Under the pieces are notes generated by a model, which had not been told where the DNA came from, did no database searches, and saw only the letters and a list, made by a program, of their open reading frames with translations. A program made the translations under genes and the position numbers. 52,798 bases of DNA from a virus (Duplodnaviria; Caudoviricetes), in IMG/VR virus record IMGVR_UViG_3300009182_000084, positions 1-52,798 of that record. One strand, given 5' to 3'. Of the stretch, positions 35,295-44,201 are shown in pieces. Every line of letters begins with the position of its first letter. The stretch's first letter is position 1.

Positions 35295-35588
35295 TTAGCT
35301 CGCGGAGATTGCAAAGACAATTGCTGAAATCTCGCCATCACGAGATTCAATTGTAGTAAAACCAGGCTTGCAGGTTAGGTCTAATCCTCGTGGGGCCACA
35401 TAGCCTCGTGCGATTGCTAGTGCTTTTACTGCTTGGTTTACTGCGCCAGCACCTACGGCACGAAGTTTTACTTCACGCTTGTCATAGATTGCATGGGCCA
35501 CTGCCGATGCGACGGATTGTGGATTGCTACCTGCTGAAACACGAAGGAATGGTTCCTCTGTAGAAGGTAGGATGATTTCTTCACTCAT
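35295..35588 (-). CDS. spoVS: SpoVS-family protein
   Basis: LRVSAGSNPQSVASAVA...AVGAGAVNQAVKALAIARGYVAP.GLDL...PGF. Confidence 0.93.
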   Translation of the reverse strand: MSEEIILPSTEEPFLRVSAGSNPQSVASAVAHAIYDKREVKLRAVGAGAVNQAVKALAIARGYVAPRGLDLTCKPGFTTIESRDGEISAIVFAISAS

Positions 35589-35647
35589 TTGTAGTCCTTA
35601 AATATACGAGTTTATACGCCATCCTCGTTATTAAGAATACATAAGTT

Positions 35648-36214
35648 TTACTCTATAGAATCCCTAAACTTAGGGTCTTTTACTTTTTCTAGAATTTCTT
35701 TTTCAACAGCATCTATGGCTATTCCAGCTGCTAAACGGGCCAAAGAATAAGCATCCGCAGCATTGTCATCATTAAACTCTACGCCATAACGCTTGTATAT
35801 TTGTAGAAGCATTTCTTGCTTCTTAGCCGTACCTTTTCCTGAGGCGTACTTCTTAAGTGTCATTGGGGGAATCTGTAGTGGGAGGATACTCCTCGACCAG
35901 AGCTCTAGCTTAACTGTGGCAGATAACTCACCTAATGCCAAAGCAGAGTGTGATGCTAAAACCGTGCCTTCTATGGCAACGTCTTTAACTATCCAGCCTT
36001 CTAGAGAAAACATTAGCCACATGTTATTTATCCAACCTTGTATGTCTGCTAGGCGTTGGATACCTCGATACTCGGATTTATAAACCCAAGTCTTGTGTTG
36101 TGAGGGGAACTCGACGGAGACCACAGAAAGAGCAAACCCTGTCAATGACTGGTCAATACCAACTGCAACTTCTTGGCTGCCTTGTAGGCCTCCGTCAAAT
36201 TCCTTAACACTCAT
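35648..36214 (-). CDS. ruvC: RuvC-like Holliday junction resolvase
   Basis: VGIDQSLTG, VAIEG, LKKYASGKGTAKK, DNAADA. Confidence 0.88.
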   Translation of the reverse strand: MSVKEFDGGLQGSQEVAVGIDQSLTGFALSVVSVEFPSQHKTWVYKSEYRGIQRLADIQGWINNMWLMFSLEGWIVKDVAIEGTVLASHSALALGELSATVKLELWSRSILPLQIPPMTLKKYASGKGTAKKQEMLLQIYKRYGVEFNDDNAADAYSLARLAAGIAIDAVEKEILEKVKDPKFRDSIE

Positions 36215-36231
36215 TGTACGACTTTCTTTGC

Positions 36232-36360
36232 TTAAGCGTTTACTAGTCGTCTTTTTTCAGCATCAAATTTCTTTGGGTGCTTTTTAAACGCTTTACCGTT
36301 ATTGCGGTCTGGTCCTTTACGGACAGGAGCTGCTGGAGCTCCACCTCTACCTTTTGCCAT
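36232..36360 (-). CDS. 42-aa basic microprotein
   Basis: Hand translation MAKGRGGAPAAPVRKGPDRNNGKAFKKHPKKFDAEKRRLVNA; AGGAG SD. Confidence 0.75.
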   Translation of the reverse strand: MAKGRGGAPAAPVRKGPDRNNGKAFKKHPKKFDAEKRRLVNA

Positions 36361-36362
36361 CT

Positions 36363-36770
36363 TTACTCCTGTGGCCACTCGTTATCAAGAACCAGCATAG
36401 CAATGATTGCGTAGTTAGCCATGTCAAGGAATGAATCTTTTAAACTCTCATTCTCTGGCGTAACGCCACTATCAATAAGGTTATTGATACGTGCAAACTT
36501 ATCCCACATACGTACTCTTAGTCCGTTCAGAGGTCCGCCAGGGCTCTGTGAGATGTTCTTTGGTCCGTAGTCCTTGTGCTTTTGTAGTAGCACTGACTTG
36601 GCGTGCTGGAACTTTTGCTGAACTGCTTCATCAAACTCACCAGTCGCACCCTTACGAATCATATCCACAATCTCCTGTGGCAAGTCCTTAACTTCTCCAA
36701 GAAGACTCATATCAGCTGGGTTGATACCCTGCTCCTCAAGCTCCATGTATAGTTCCTTCATTTTTCCCAT
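36363..36770 (-). CDS. DUF1599/Nmad1-like all-alpha nucleotide pyrophosphohydrolase-like protein
   Basis: KHKDYG..NI, VRMWDKFARINNL, ESLKDSFLDMANYAII. Confidence 0.8.
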   Translation of the reverse strand: MGKMKELYMELEEQGINPADMSLLGEVKDLPQEIVDMIRKGATGEFDEAVQQKFQHAKSVLLQKHKDYGPKNISQSPGGPLNGLRVRMWDKFARINNLIDSGVTPENESLKDSFLDMANYAIIAMLVLDNEWPQE

Positions 36771-37201
36771 TATTCACTAACCTTCCACATTTTTAGATAC
36801 TTCATTAGTCCTTTAATTGATACTAGCACACCATTGCTTGCTGCGGAATGGCGGTTAGCAATAGGCTGCTTGCTCTTTGGTGGCTCTACCAACTCAATAT
36901 AGTTTCGTAGTGCCTCAGTTTTAATCAACAGAATAGCTGTGCCATCTGGAGATGCCTGACCCCACCACTTAGACTGTGTTCCGTATACTCCCGATGGTAC
37001 TGCATCTGATTCATCAGAACGACGGTACTTCTCAGTCTCTACGTAGAAATTGCCAGTCTCATTGGCACGGTAGTCAGTCTTGACTTCAATCGTAACGTTT
37101 GGGTCACGACTGTCCTCAAACAAAAGGTCAAGTAGTTCTTCCCCTACTTCACCACGCTCCATGTCACGGTCAAACCGTGGCTCGAATCCTGTAGCTTTCA
37201 T
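36770..37201 (-). CDS. PD-(D/E)xK-like phage protein
   Basis: FDRDM.RGEVGE, IEVKTD, TGNFYVE; start placed at MKATG after GAAAGGA. Confidence 0.65.
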   Translation of the reverse strand: MKATGFEPRFDRDMERGEVGEELLDLLFEDSRDPNVTIEVKTDYRANETGNFYVETEKYRRSDESDAVPSGVYGTQSKWWGQASPDGTAILLIKTEALRNYIELVEPPKSKQPIANRHSAASNGVLVSIKGLMKYLKMWKVSE

Positions 37202-37202
37202 A

Positions 37203-37649
37203 CTAGTAGTCCTTTCTATTAATTGAGCGCCTTGTAATCTCACGGCTAACCAGAGAAAGGTCACGCTCGTGATTGTTAAGAAGCATTTCAACTAGCTTAC
37301 GATAAGCATACTTCTCTTCATAGTCATTTGACAAGTCCACAACATCCTGATTAACAGAAATCTCTGCCTTGACAGTAGTTACGCGCTCGCCTTTTACCTG
37401 AGCTCCCATGCGTCGCACCAAAAGAGTGTTCTCAAGGAACTCCATTTTTTTAAGTACGGCACGTTCCTCTAGCTGTGCAACAGTTAGCTGAGATGCAATG
37501 TAGTCAGTCCAAGAAGTTAAACGAGTAAACAACTCGCCCAAATCCTCAGAGCTAACTGCAGTGATATCTCGTGGAAGTTTTACCTGCTCGTCTTCAGGCT
37601 TTTCAAAGGCCAGACCCCAAGATTGAAAACGTTCAATAGCACTAGACAT
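37203..37649 (-). CDS. helical protein, possibly UvsY-like recombination mediator
   Basis: Coiled-coil ending SREITRR in the recombination cluster; start at MSSAIE after AGGAGG. Confidence 0.5.
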   Translation of the reverse strand: MSSAIERFQSWGLAFEKPEDEQVKLPRDITAVSSEDLGELFTRLTSWTDYIASQLTVAQLEERAVLKKMEFLENTLLVRRMGAQVKGERVTTVKAEISVNQDVVDLSNDYEEKYAYRKLVEMLLNNHERDLSLVSREITRRSINRKDY

Positions 37650-38497
37650 TAGTCCTCCTTGTATGGTGAGCAGTAGTCGCAGGTTCCTCCAGGGTTGTTG
37701 TTGCAATCTGGCACTACCTTAGCTTCTACAGCTTTTACTACTTTTTCACAGTTGTCAAAGATGTGACGAACCAGTTCGTAGTCTGCCTTGACGGTAAACT
37801 CCTTGTATGACTGGTCAGCCTTGAGCTCGTAAATAAATACAATCTCGTTAACCTCGTGACCCATACGCTTCATCAACTCAAGGTACATTTGACCTTGCAT
37901 AATGTGTGCGCTAAATGGGCGGTTGATGTTTTTCCATGCAGTAAACAAGTCTACGTCTTTCATTAGACCTGGGTCTGCATGGCGGATAGTTCCTGGACCA
38001 ATTGTCTTAAGCTCAATCAGGCAGTCATCGCCAATCCCGCGAACCCAACCATCAGTGTGCCCCTTGATACGTAGAGCATCATCATAAAGAGTTACTTCAC
38101 GGTATTCCATAGTAGGACGGTTACATGATGGGCAGTCTACTGGACCAAAATCAAATAGAGAAAAGTCGCAAGAGGTACAGCTAAAGCGACCATAAAGTAC
38201 ACCCATCTCCTGGAAGTAACGCTGCCACTTAGCATGGGCTGCGTGTCCCTCATCAAAGATAGACTGAAGCTTTAGATTTGGTTTCTTTGCAATCTTTTCG
38301 TGACCACTCAAAAGGAAGTATGACTCACGACGGCACCAATCTTTTTTAATAATTTCAGATGGGTGCAAAACAAGCGTACTGCGGTCTCCAACAGGGCGCT
38401 TTTGCAGATGACGCTCAATGTCACCAAGCAAACGAGTCTGCTTAGTTTTTGCATCCAAGAATCGTTTTAGTTCTGCGCTACTAGCCTTTACTACCAT
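37649..38497 (-). CDS. Cas4/RecB-like PD-(D/E)xK exonuclease
   Basis: HPSE..WC.R, G...H, GHTDG, IELKT, QGQMY, C-terminal C..CDYC. Confidence 0.85.
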   Translation of the reverse strand: MVVKASSAELKRFLDAKTKQTRLLGDIERHLQKRPVGDRSTLVLHPSEIIKKDWCRRESYFLLSGHEKIAKKPNLKLQSIFDEGHAAHAKWQRYFQEMGVLYGRFSCTSCDFSLFDFGPVDCPSCNRPTMEYREVTLYDDALRIKGHTDGWVRGIGDDCLIELKTIGPGTIRHADPGLMKDVDLFTAWKNINRPFSAHIMQGQMYLELMKRMGHEVNEIVFIYELKADQSYKEFTVKADYELVRHIFDNCEKVVKAVEAKVVPDCNNNPGGTCDYCSPYKED

Positions 38498-38822
38498 TTG
38501 TTTTCCTTCTTTCTTGAAAGACATACTCTTTCAAAGTCATACTACTTTTATATTGCCTATTCCATTTTCTTACTAGAGCATTACGTTCACGGTGAGATAG
38601 CCCTCCCCAGATTCCATGTTGCTCATCATTTAAAAGTGCATCCCATAGACACTCTAGTCTAACAGGACAAGGCGGTTTTCCGCTACCCCCATAACAGTAG
38701 GCCTTAGCAAGGTCTGCTGTTTTTTTATATAGAGCCTTATCTCTGGGTGGAAAGAATATCTCTGGCTCAGGTTCTGGAAGCCCTCTACATGAGGCGTCCT
38801 CATACCATCGCTCACTCGCCAT
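38481..38822 (-). CDS. whiB: WhiB-family transcription factor (second copy)
   Basis: W...ASC..IFFP..AKAYC...CPVRLECL..AL...HGIWGGLS..ER. Confidence 0.92.
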   Translation of the reverse strand: MASERWYEDASCRGLPEPEPEIFFPPRDKALYKKTADLAKAYCYGGSGKPPCPVRLECLWDALLNDEQHGIWGGLSHRERNALVRKWNRQYKSSMTLKEYVFQERRKTNGSKG

Positions 38823-39126
38823 TCTTTTCCCACATCTCGATGAAGTCCGTCTCTAGAAGTACTACGTAATCTTCGCCATCCAAGTGGATTCCAAATACAG
38901 GCAGCCTACCATCCATAATAGCTTCTGTGGTAATCTTTTGCAACTCCGCAGCTTGGATAGTCTTTGATTTTTTGCCTGTCCACTTGTGCTCAATCAGTAG
39001 TTCAGCATTGCGGACATCGCCCTTGCGAGACCAGAAGGCACCAGAAGCAGCGGTTGTTTGGCCTCCTACCGCCTTAGCGAGACGTTTCTCGTGCTTCTGG
39101 GACTGCTTTTGGCCCTCACTCTTCAT
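38812..39126 (-). CDS. Hjc-like PD-(D/E)xK resolvase/endonuclease
   Basis: HEKRLAK..GG...SGA...KGDV....IEHK. Confidence 0.75.
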   Translation of the reverse strand: MKSEGQKQSQKHEKRLAKAVGGQTTAASGAFWSRKGDVRNAELLIEHKWTGKKSKTIQAAELQKITTEAIMDGRLPVFGIHLDGEDYVVLLETDFIEMWEKNGE

Positions 39127-39263
39127 TAGGAAATCCAATCTGGAGAGGTGATTACTTCGATAATTTCTTCGAGAATTTCTGCTAGAGACTCATCACCAAA
39201 ATCTCTAAGGTCATTGATTACTAGCTGAATATACTCAATTGCTTTCTCAAGGTCTTTACTCAT
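39126..39263 (-). CDS. 45-aa acidic microprotein
   Basis: Hand translation MSKDLEKAIEYIQLVINDL...; coupled at both ends. Confidence 0.6.
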   Translation of the reverse strand: MSKDLEKAIEYIQLVINDLRDFGDESLAEILEEIIEVITSPDWIS

Positions 39264-40302
39264 CTTGAATTCCTACAAAAGAATCGGGAGTGTTGAGAAC
39301 CTTATCGCGAAGCTCCTCAAACAAATCAAGTTCTTCACGTAGGGAATTAGAAAAAGCTTCTTGCCCGTTCCACTTACGCTCACCGTAGTAAATCCATCCG
39401 CCCTTGCGTTCAACAATTTGCTTTACGATTGTCATAGCTGCAACTTCTTTAGCGGTGTCATAGTCACCCGCATCATAGATGCTGAATGGTGAGAAGTAGA
39501 AATCTACATAAGCTACCTGCTGTGGTGGAGCAGTCTTGTTTTTAATCACACGAATTTTAATACGCTGACCTACACGAGTCTTATTAGTTCCCGACCCTGC
39601 CTCAATCCACTCATCACGACGTACTTCTGAGCGAGTAAAGAATGCGTAGTTCTTTCCCTCACCACCAGGAGTAGTGCGTGGGTCTCCGTGCATTACGCCA
39701 ATTTTCATACGGTACTGGTTAATTACAATACCTAGAATAGGGCGCTCAGACTCTACAAGACTGCGCTTCATTGCCATGCCCGCTTTACGGAAGAACTTGT
39801 TAGTAAGCAGGGCTCCACGACCAACGGTCATTTCGTCCATGTTTTTCTCGTTCTCAGGACCTGGAACTAGGGCAGGAAGAGAGTCAATAACGATAGCGTC
39901 AACAGATTTCGATTCAGCAAAAGCAATAGCCGCATCATACGCTTCCTCCATAATGTTAGTTTCGACAACAATTACACGACTTGTATCCACGCCACACATC
40001 TCTGCGTATTCTGGAACCCACTGCTCAGCAGCAATCCATACAGTCGTGTGCTCTGGGTCCTTGGCCTGGTTGGCTGCGATTGTCTTAAGTGCAATAGCAG
40101 TTTTGCCGTGCGATGGCTCTCCTACAAGTTCGTTCCACTGGTTGGTGGGGAATCCTCCTCCAAGAACGTAATCAAAAGTAGTAGAGCCAGTGGTTGAGCG
40201 AGTGATGAGGTCATTACGAATGTCCCCACCAATCACTACAACGTTCTCTCCAAAGCGCTTGTTAATCAGCGCCATGACTTTCTTTGCCTCTGCATTAATC
40301 AC
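39256..40302 (-). CDS. recA: RecA-family recombinase
   Basis: Walker A GEPSHGKT, IVIDSLPAL, INQYRMKIGVMHGDPRTTPGG, KNKTAPP; start placed at GTG 40302. Confidence 0.95.
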   Translation of the reverse strand: MINAEAKKVMALINKRFGENVVVIGGDIRNDLITRSTTGSTTFDYVLGGGFPTNQWNELVGEPSHGKTAIALKTIAANQAKDPEHTTVWIAAEQWVPEYAEMCGVDTSRVIVVETNIMEEAYDAAIAFAESKSVDAIVIDSLPALVPGPENEKNMDEMTVGRGALLTNKFFRKAGMAMKRSLVESERPILGIVINQYRMKIGVMHGDPRTTPGGEGKNYAFFTRSEVRRDEWIEAGSGTNKTRVGQRIKIRVIKNKTAPPQQVAYVDFYFSPFSIYDAGDYDTAKEVAAMTIVKQIVERKGGWIYYGERKWNGQEAFSNSLREELDLFEELRDKVLNTPDSFVGIQDE

Positions 40303-40489
40303 GGACAGACTCCAAAAGCTCGTATAGTGATACCCATACGTGATTTCCAGTTGGGTCAAATTTCCAGAAACCTGCAACATCATTGCGGGTCTCAAGAATG
40401 CCATGCTCTACGAGAGCTGAGGAAATCTTGGCACGCATGTCCAAAAAGGTTTGTTCTTTTACTAGTTTAACTTGTGATTCGGTAATCAA
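40295..40489 (-). CDS. hypothetical protein
   Basis: 64 aa, AGGAG SD. Confidence 0.65.
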   Translation of the reverse strand: MITESQVKLVKEQTFLDMRAKISSALVEHGILETRNDVAGFWKFDPTGNHVWVSLYELLESVRD

Positions 40490-40490
40490 T

Positions 40491-40874
40491 TTATTCTCCT
40501 ATTCGTCCGATAATCCCTTGTGGATTCCAGTTGTTTGCTACGTCATTTCCTGTTGCTTGTCTTGCTGCTCCCTCGACATGTGCTCCAGCGAGGTTTCCGT
40601 ATCTGCTACCCGATTGAGAAATGGGGTACCCACAATCGTAACATCTCGGTGCAGCATTTGCCACTGCCATGTAATTAACCGACCCGCAGTCAGGACACGT
40701 AGCAGTCTGTTTAGCTGACTGCGCACGCTCCGACGCTTGCGCTTGGGGCTGAAAGGAAGGCATCGGTGTCAATGGCCTCTGAGATGGCGGCATCTGTGGG
40801 GTAGGGTCAGGACGCCCCTGTTGTACGGGCTGCTGGTTACCCAGTTTAGAAGCCCACCAGTCTGCATTACTCAT
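40491..40874 (-). CDS. zinc-ribbon protein with Pro/Gln-rich N-terminus
   Basis: CPDC...CYDC. Confidence 0.75.
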   Translation of the reverse strand: MSNADWWASKLGNQQPVQQGRPDPTPQMPPSQRPLTPMPSFQPQAQASERAQSAKQTATCPDCGSVNYMAVANAAPRCYDCGYPISQSGSRYGNLAGAHVEGAARQATGNDVANNWNPQGIIGRIGE

Positions 40875-41073
40875 CTAGCCCTCCTTCTGGAAGCGGTCCG
40901 TAAGTACCCTCATATTCTTCTGCTGCTTTTAGCATTCTTTTCATAACGTTAGTCATGGTGCTGAGTTGCTTGTCGTCTGCTTCTTTACTTAGTTTAGTAA
41001 ATGCATAGTCATACATAACAATCAGAGTGTTCATTTCTACAGTATCGAGTTTTACATTAAATACGTTTGTCAT
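40867..41073 (-). CDS. hypothetical protein
   Basis: 68 aa, ATGA overlap. Confidence 0.65.
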   Translation of the reverse strand: MTNVFNVKLDTVEMNTLIVMYDYAFTKLSKEADDKQLSTMTNVMKRMLKAAEEYEGTYGPLPEGGLDE

Positions 41074-41474
41074 TTATACTTCCTAGGGATTTCTAGTAGA
41101 CCCATGTCTACAAGTTGAGAGATAGTTCCGAGAAGGGCAGCAAAGCTTGATTGCTCCATCATTCGACGCCCCTCTCTCCACACATCTTCTGGAATAGATT
41201 TTAGTTCATCTCCTACAGAGGATTTTTGTATTTCTACAGCTCCTTCAGCAAGTAGTCGAGAAAAAGCATACAGCAGAGGGACTACATACGACAATTTTTC
41301 TACACGAATGTCGCTCTGCTCCTCTTCTTTATCCATAAGTTCATCGCTAATATTGCTGCAGCCAAGTATTACACTAATTTTGTGAGCGTTGGGCATTTGA
41401 GAGTCAAGCACCACACCACGAACACGTTCGCTAATATCTGCCATAGTTAGCTTTGGAAGTTTACTCTTTCCCAT
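41070..41474 (-). CDS. hypothetical protein
   Basis: 134 aa, TAATG coupling to polA. Confidence 0.75.
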   Translation of the reverse strand: MGKSKLPKLTMADISERVRGVVLDSQMPNAHKISVILGCSNISDELMDKEEEQSDIRVEKLSYVVPLLYAFSRLLAEGAVEIQKSSVGDELKSIPEDVWREGRRMMEQSSFAALLGTISQLVDMGLLEIPRKYK

Positions 41475-43465
41475 TATTTTGCCTCACCCCACTTATCCAC
41501 AACATAGACCTCTGCCTTTAGAGGTACAGTAATTTCTTTCAGTTTAATACCCTCCATTGATGTACGGATAGCCTCAGCAACCTCATCAACCCTGTCTTCA
41601 GGGGCAATGGTTACCAATTCATCGTGAACCGTGAGAATAACATTGATATCGGGCTCATCGGTAAAACATGAGTGAGCACGTACCAAAGCTAGTTTCATGA
41701 TGTCAGCAGCAGAGCCCTGAATCATAGTGTTGAAAGCCTGACGCTCTGCACGTGCCAGCAATCCCTGGTCGTTAACACGCAAGTCTGGAATGTAGCGTCT
41801 ACGACCAAAGATAGTCTCAACAAATGGAACTTGACCAGACTCTTTTGCTAGACGAACAACCCGAGACTTGTAAGTAGCAATTGATTTAAACTTGGCCTCA
41901 AAATCACGGAGAAGTTTTTTAGCTTCTGGTACAGTACAACCAATGCTTGCTGCAATCTTGTCAGGACCTACGCCATATGAAATAGCGAGAACCAGAACCT
42001 TGCCTGCCTTGCGGTCTACTCCCATAGTGTCACCAATAGTTGTATAGATGTCTCCGCCGTTGAGATAGTTAGCCATAAGAATAGGGTCCTGAGAGAATGA
42101 GGCAATAACTCTAGGCTCAATCTGCGAGTAGTCAGCAACCACAAGCTTGTGGCCTGGAGGAGCCACGAACAGGTTACGTACCAGCTTGCCGTACTCACCA
42201 GATGATGGGATGTTCTGCAAGTTAGGCTCAGAGGAACTAAAGCGACCTGTCTCTGCACCGTGAGCCTTGAAGTTAGTGTGCACACGGTTATTAATAAGAA
42301 GAGACTTGCGCTGAGTCAAAGTAGTCTTGCCGTTTGTAACACGCTTGACTTCTCCGCCCTTGTAGGGAGTTACGTACGTAGTCATTAGCTTGTTCAAGTC
42401 GGAGTACTCCAGCAAGGCATCTACAAGAACATCCTTACCGCGATAGTACTCAAGAGCCTCAGCAGAGCATGAGTAATGACTCTCATTAAGAGTTTCACCA
42501 CGCTTTTGAGCATCAAAGCCTTTAGCAGTTAGCACGTTTTTAAACTTAACGTTTGGCTTGATACGAGGAGACGTACCTCCAAACAACAATGCCTGTTTTG
42601 TTGGGACAGAGTTGATGGCAAATGCTTTGCCTGCTAGTTTATAGCATGCTGCTTCGGCAGCCTGCTTGTCTTTTTCAATCTGCTCAGCAAGGTCATCAAG
42701 AGTATCCTGGTCAATGTAAGCACCTGTAAGCTCCATGTCGCACAAAGCTGCAGTTACATCCATCTCAAGTTTCCACACCTTGTTGAGATTGCCAGTAATT
42801 TTTGGAGCAAGGGCTTTGTAAAGTTTCCAAGTCAGGTCAGCATCGATACCAGAGTAAGTAGCAACACTGCTAAACGAGTGTAGCGCAACGTTTTCTCCTA
42901 CTCCCTTTTCCATATCAATGTTAAGTTCACGAAGAACACACGCCTTAAGATTCAGGGCGTTCTTGTTTAGATTATTTACAATAAAAGAAGCAGTCATAGT
43001 ATCAAAGTATGGCTTTGAGGGGACCTTGCCACCGTAGTACTTAGCAACAGATTTCAAATCAAATTTTGCATTGTGGGCAACCTTAAGCTGTGTACCAAAC
43101 ATAAGCGGTTTGATTGCATCAAAGACTTGCTTGGGGGTAAGTTGCTCTGGGGCTTGACCAAACTTAGCGGTCCACTTGCGCTCATCTTTAGAGTAGTGGG
43201 AATCAAGTAGAGTTTTGCCATCTGCTACTCGACGCTGTCCTGAAAGAAGTAGTGGCTTATCATGACCCTCAAGGTCGCCATTAGGATGGCCCATAGGAAT
43301 AACATCTACGCGGTCATCTGTAGCAAAAGAAATCCAGCACACATCATTGATGACTGGATAAAGTCTATTCTCACCGATAGTTTCGGTGTCCCATGCAAAG
43401 GCGTCAACCTTTGAGTAATAATCTACAAATTCTTGTAGTTGTTCTTTGGTAGTAATGATATTCAT
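41474..43465 (-). CDS. polA: family A DNA polymerase with 3'-5' exonuclease domain
   Basis: DTET, HNAKFD, TGRFSSSEPNLQNIP, DYSQIE (motif A), R...K.......YG (motif B), VHDE (motif C). Confidence 0.96.
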   Translation of the reverse strand: MNIITTKEQLQEFVDYYSKVDAFAWDTETIGENRLYPVINDVCWISFATDDRVDVIPMGHPNGDLEGHDKPLLLSGQRRVADGKTLLDSHYSKDERKWTAKFGQAPEQLTPKQVFDAIKPLMFGTQLKVAHNAKFDLKSVAKYYGGKVPSKPYFDTMTASFIVNNLNKNALNLKACVLRELNIDMEKGVGENVALHSFSSVATYSGIDADLTWKLYKALAPKITGNLNKVWKLEMDVTAALCDMELTGAYIDQDTLDDLAEQIEKDKQAAEAACYKLAGKAFAINSVPTKQALLFGGTSPRIKPNVKFKNVLTAKGFDAQKRGETLNESHYSCSAEALEYYRGKDVLVDALLEYSDLNKLMTTYVTPYKGGEVKRVTNGKTTLTQRKSLLINNRVHTNFKAHGAETGRFSSSEPNLQNIPSSGEYGKLVRNLFVAPPGHKLVVADYSQIEPRVIASFSQDPILMANYLNGGDIYTTIGDTMGVDRKAGKVLVLAISYGVGPDKIAASIGCTVPEAKKLLRDFEAKFKSIATYKSRVVRLAKESGQVPFVETIFGRRRYIPDLRVNDQGLLARAERQAFNTMIQGSAADIMKLALVRAHSCFTDEPDINVILTVHDELVTIAPEDRVDEVAEAIRTSMEGIKLKEITVPLKAEVYVVDKWGEAK

Positions 43466-43493
43466 AATGCCCCTAGTAATAGAAGATGAAAGT

Positions 43494-43536
43494 GTGGGGG
43501 GCCAAGGAAAGAAAGGAGAAGACCTTGACCCCCCAC
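43494..43536 (-). promoter_or_regulatory. 14-bp hairpin with 15-nt pyrimidine (anti-SD-like) loop between ssb and polA
   Basis: GTGGGGGGTCAAGG-TCTTCTCCTTTCTTT-CCTTGGCCCCCCAC on minus strand. Confidence 0.7.
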
Positions 43537-43547
43537 GAGGGGAGTGA

Positions 43548-44201
43548 CTAGGAAACTAGCGTACGAGCAAGCTCAAGCAGTTCTTCGCGGGGGCTCACGT
43601 AAACTGCACTTGCGTCGTGCTTACTTGCCGATACCGCAACAGTATCGATTTCCTCAGCGTCCAACTCCCAATCCTCTGCCAGGTCGCTGGCACGGACACG
43701 GTCAAGAACATACTGTGTCTGTGGTCCAGTACCAGTGCGGGAGATTGCCCAGTAGTACTTGGTCAGCGGTCCACGACGGGTGTCGTCGTTTGCTGCCTGA
43801 AGCTGACGTGCCAGTGTTGGTGGCGCAGTCAGAATCTGCACATTAGGGGTTTCTTCCGAAAGGACAAGAATGTTAAACGATGCTTTAGTGCGTGGCTTGT
43901 CGCCTGCAATCGTACACAGTGGACACTCGTCACCTAGACAAACGAATGAACGCTTGCCCTCTGAACGGTCAATCCAGTGCTGATTGTAGACAGCAAACGG
44001 CTCGTCCTCAAGAAAACGAACAAGCTGACCCTGCTCCGAGAAACGGAAGTCGGTAGGGTATTCACTGTTTTCGCGCTTCGGCTTAATGGAAGCGTTTACT
44101 GCTCCCCAACCTGCCTGAACCGTAGTTCCGTGCTTTGGGGTGTTGTCAACGGTGTCTTCAGCAAGGTAGCTGTTGGCGTCAACTGATGGGGTGTTAATCA
44201 T
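43548..44201 (-). CDS. single-stranded DNA-binding protein (gp32-like)
   Basis: VRFLED, HW, CLGDECPLC, ISRTGTGPQTQY pattern; next to polA. Confidence 0.7.
   Translation of the reverse strand: MINTPSVDANSYLAEDTVDNTPKHGTTVQAGWGAVNASIKPKRENSEYPTDFRFSEQGQLVRFLEDEPFAVYNQHWIDRSEGKRSFVCLGDECPLCTIAGDKPRTKASFNILVLSEETPNVQILTAPPTLARQLQAANDDTRRGPLTKYYWAISRTGTGPQTQYVLDRVRASDLAEDWELDAEEIDTVAVSASKHDASAVYVSPREELLELARTLVS

Noticed and set aside
37649-38497. CRISPR-Cas system suggested by the Cas4-like gene
   Set aside because: No array or other cas genes; solo Cas4-like nucleases are common in phage recombination modules
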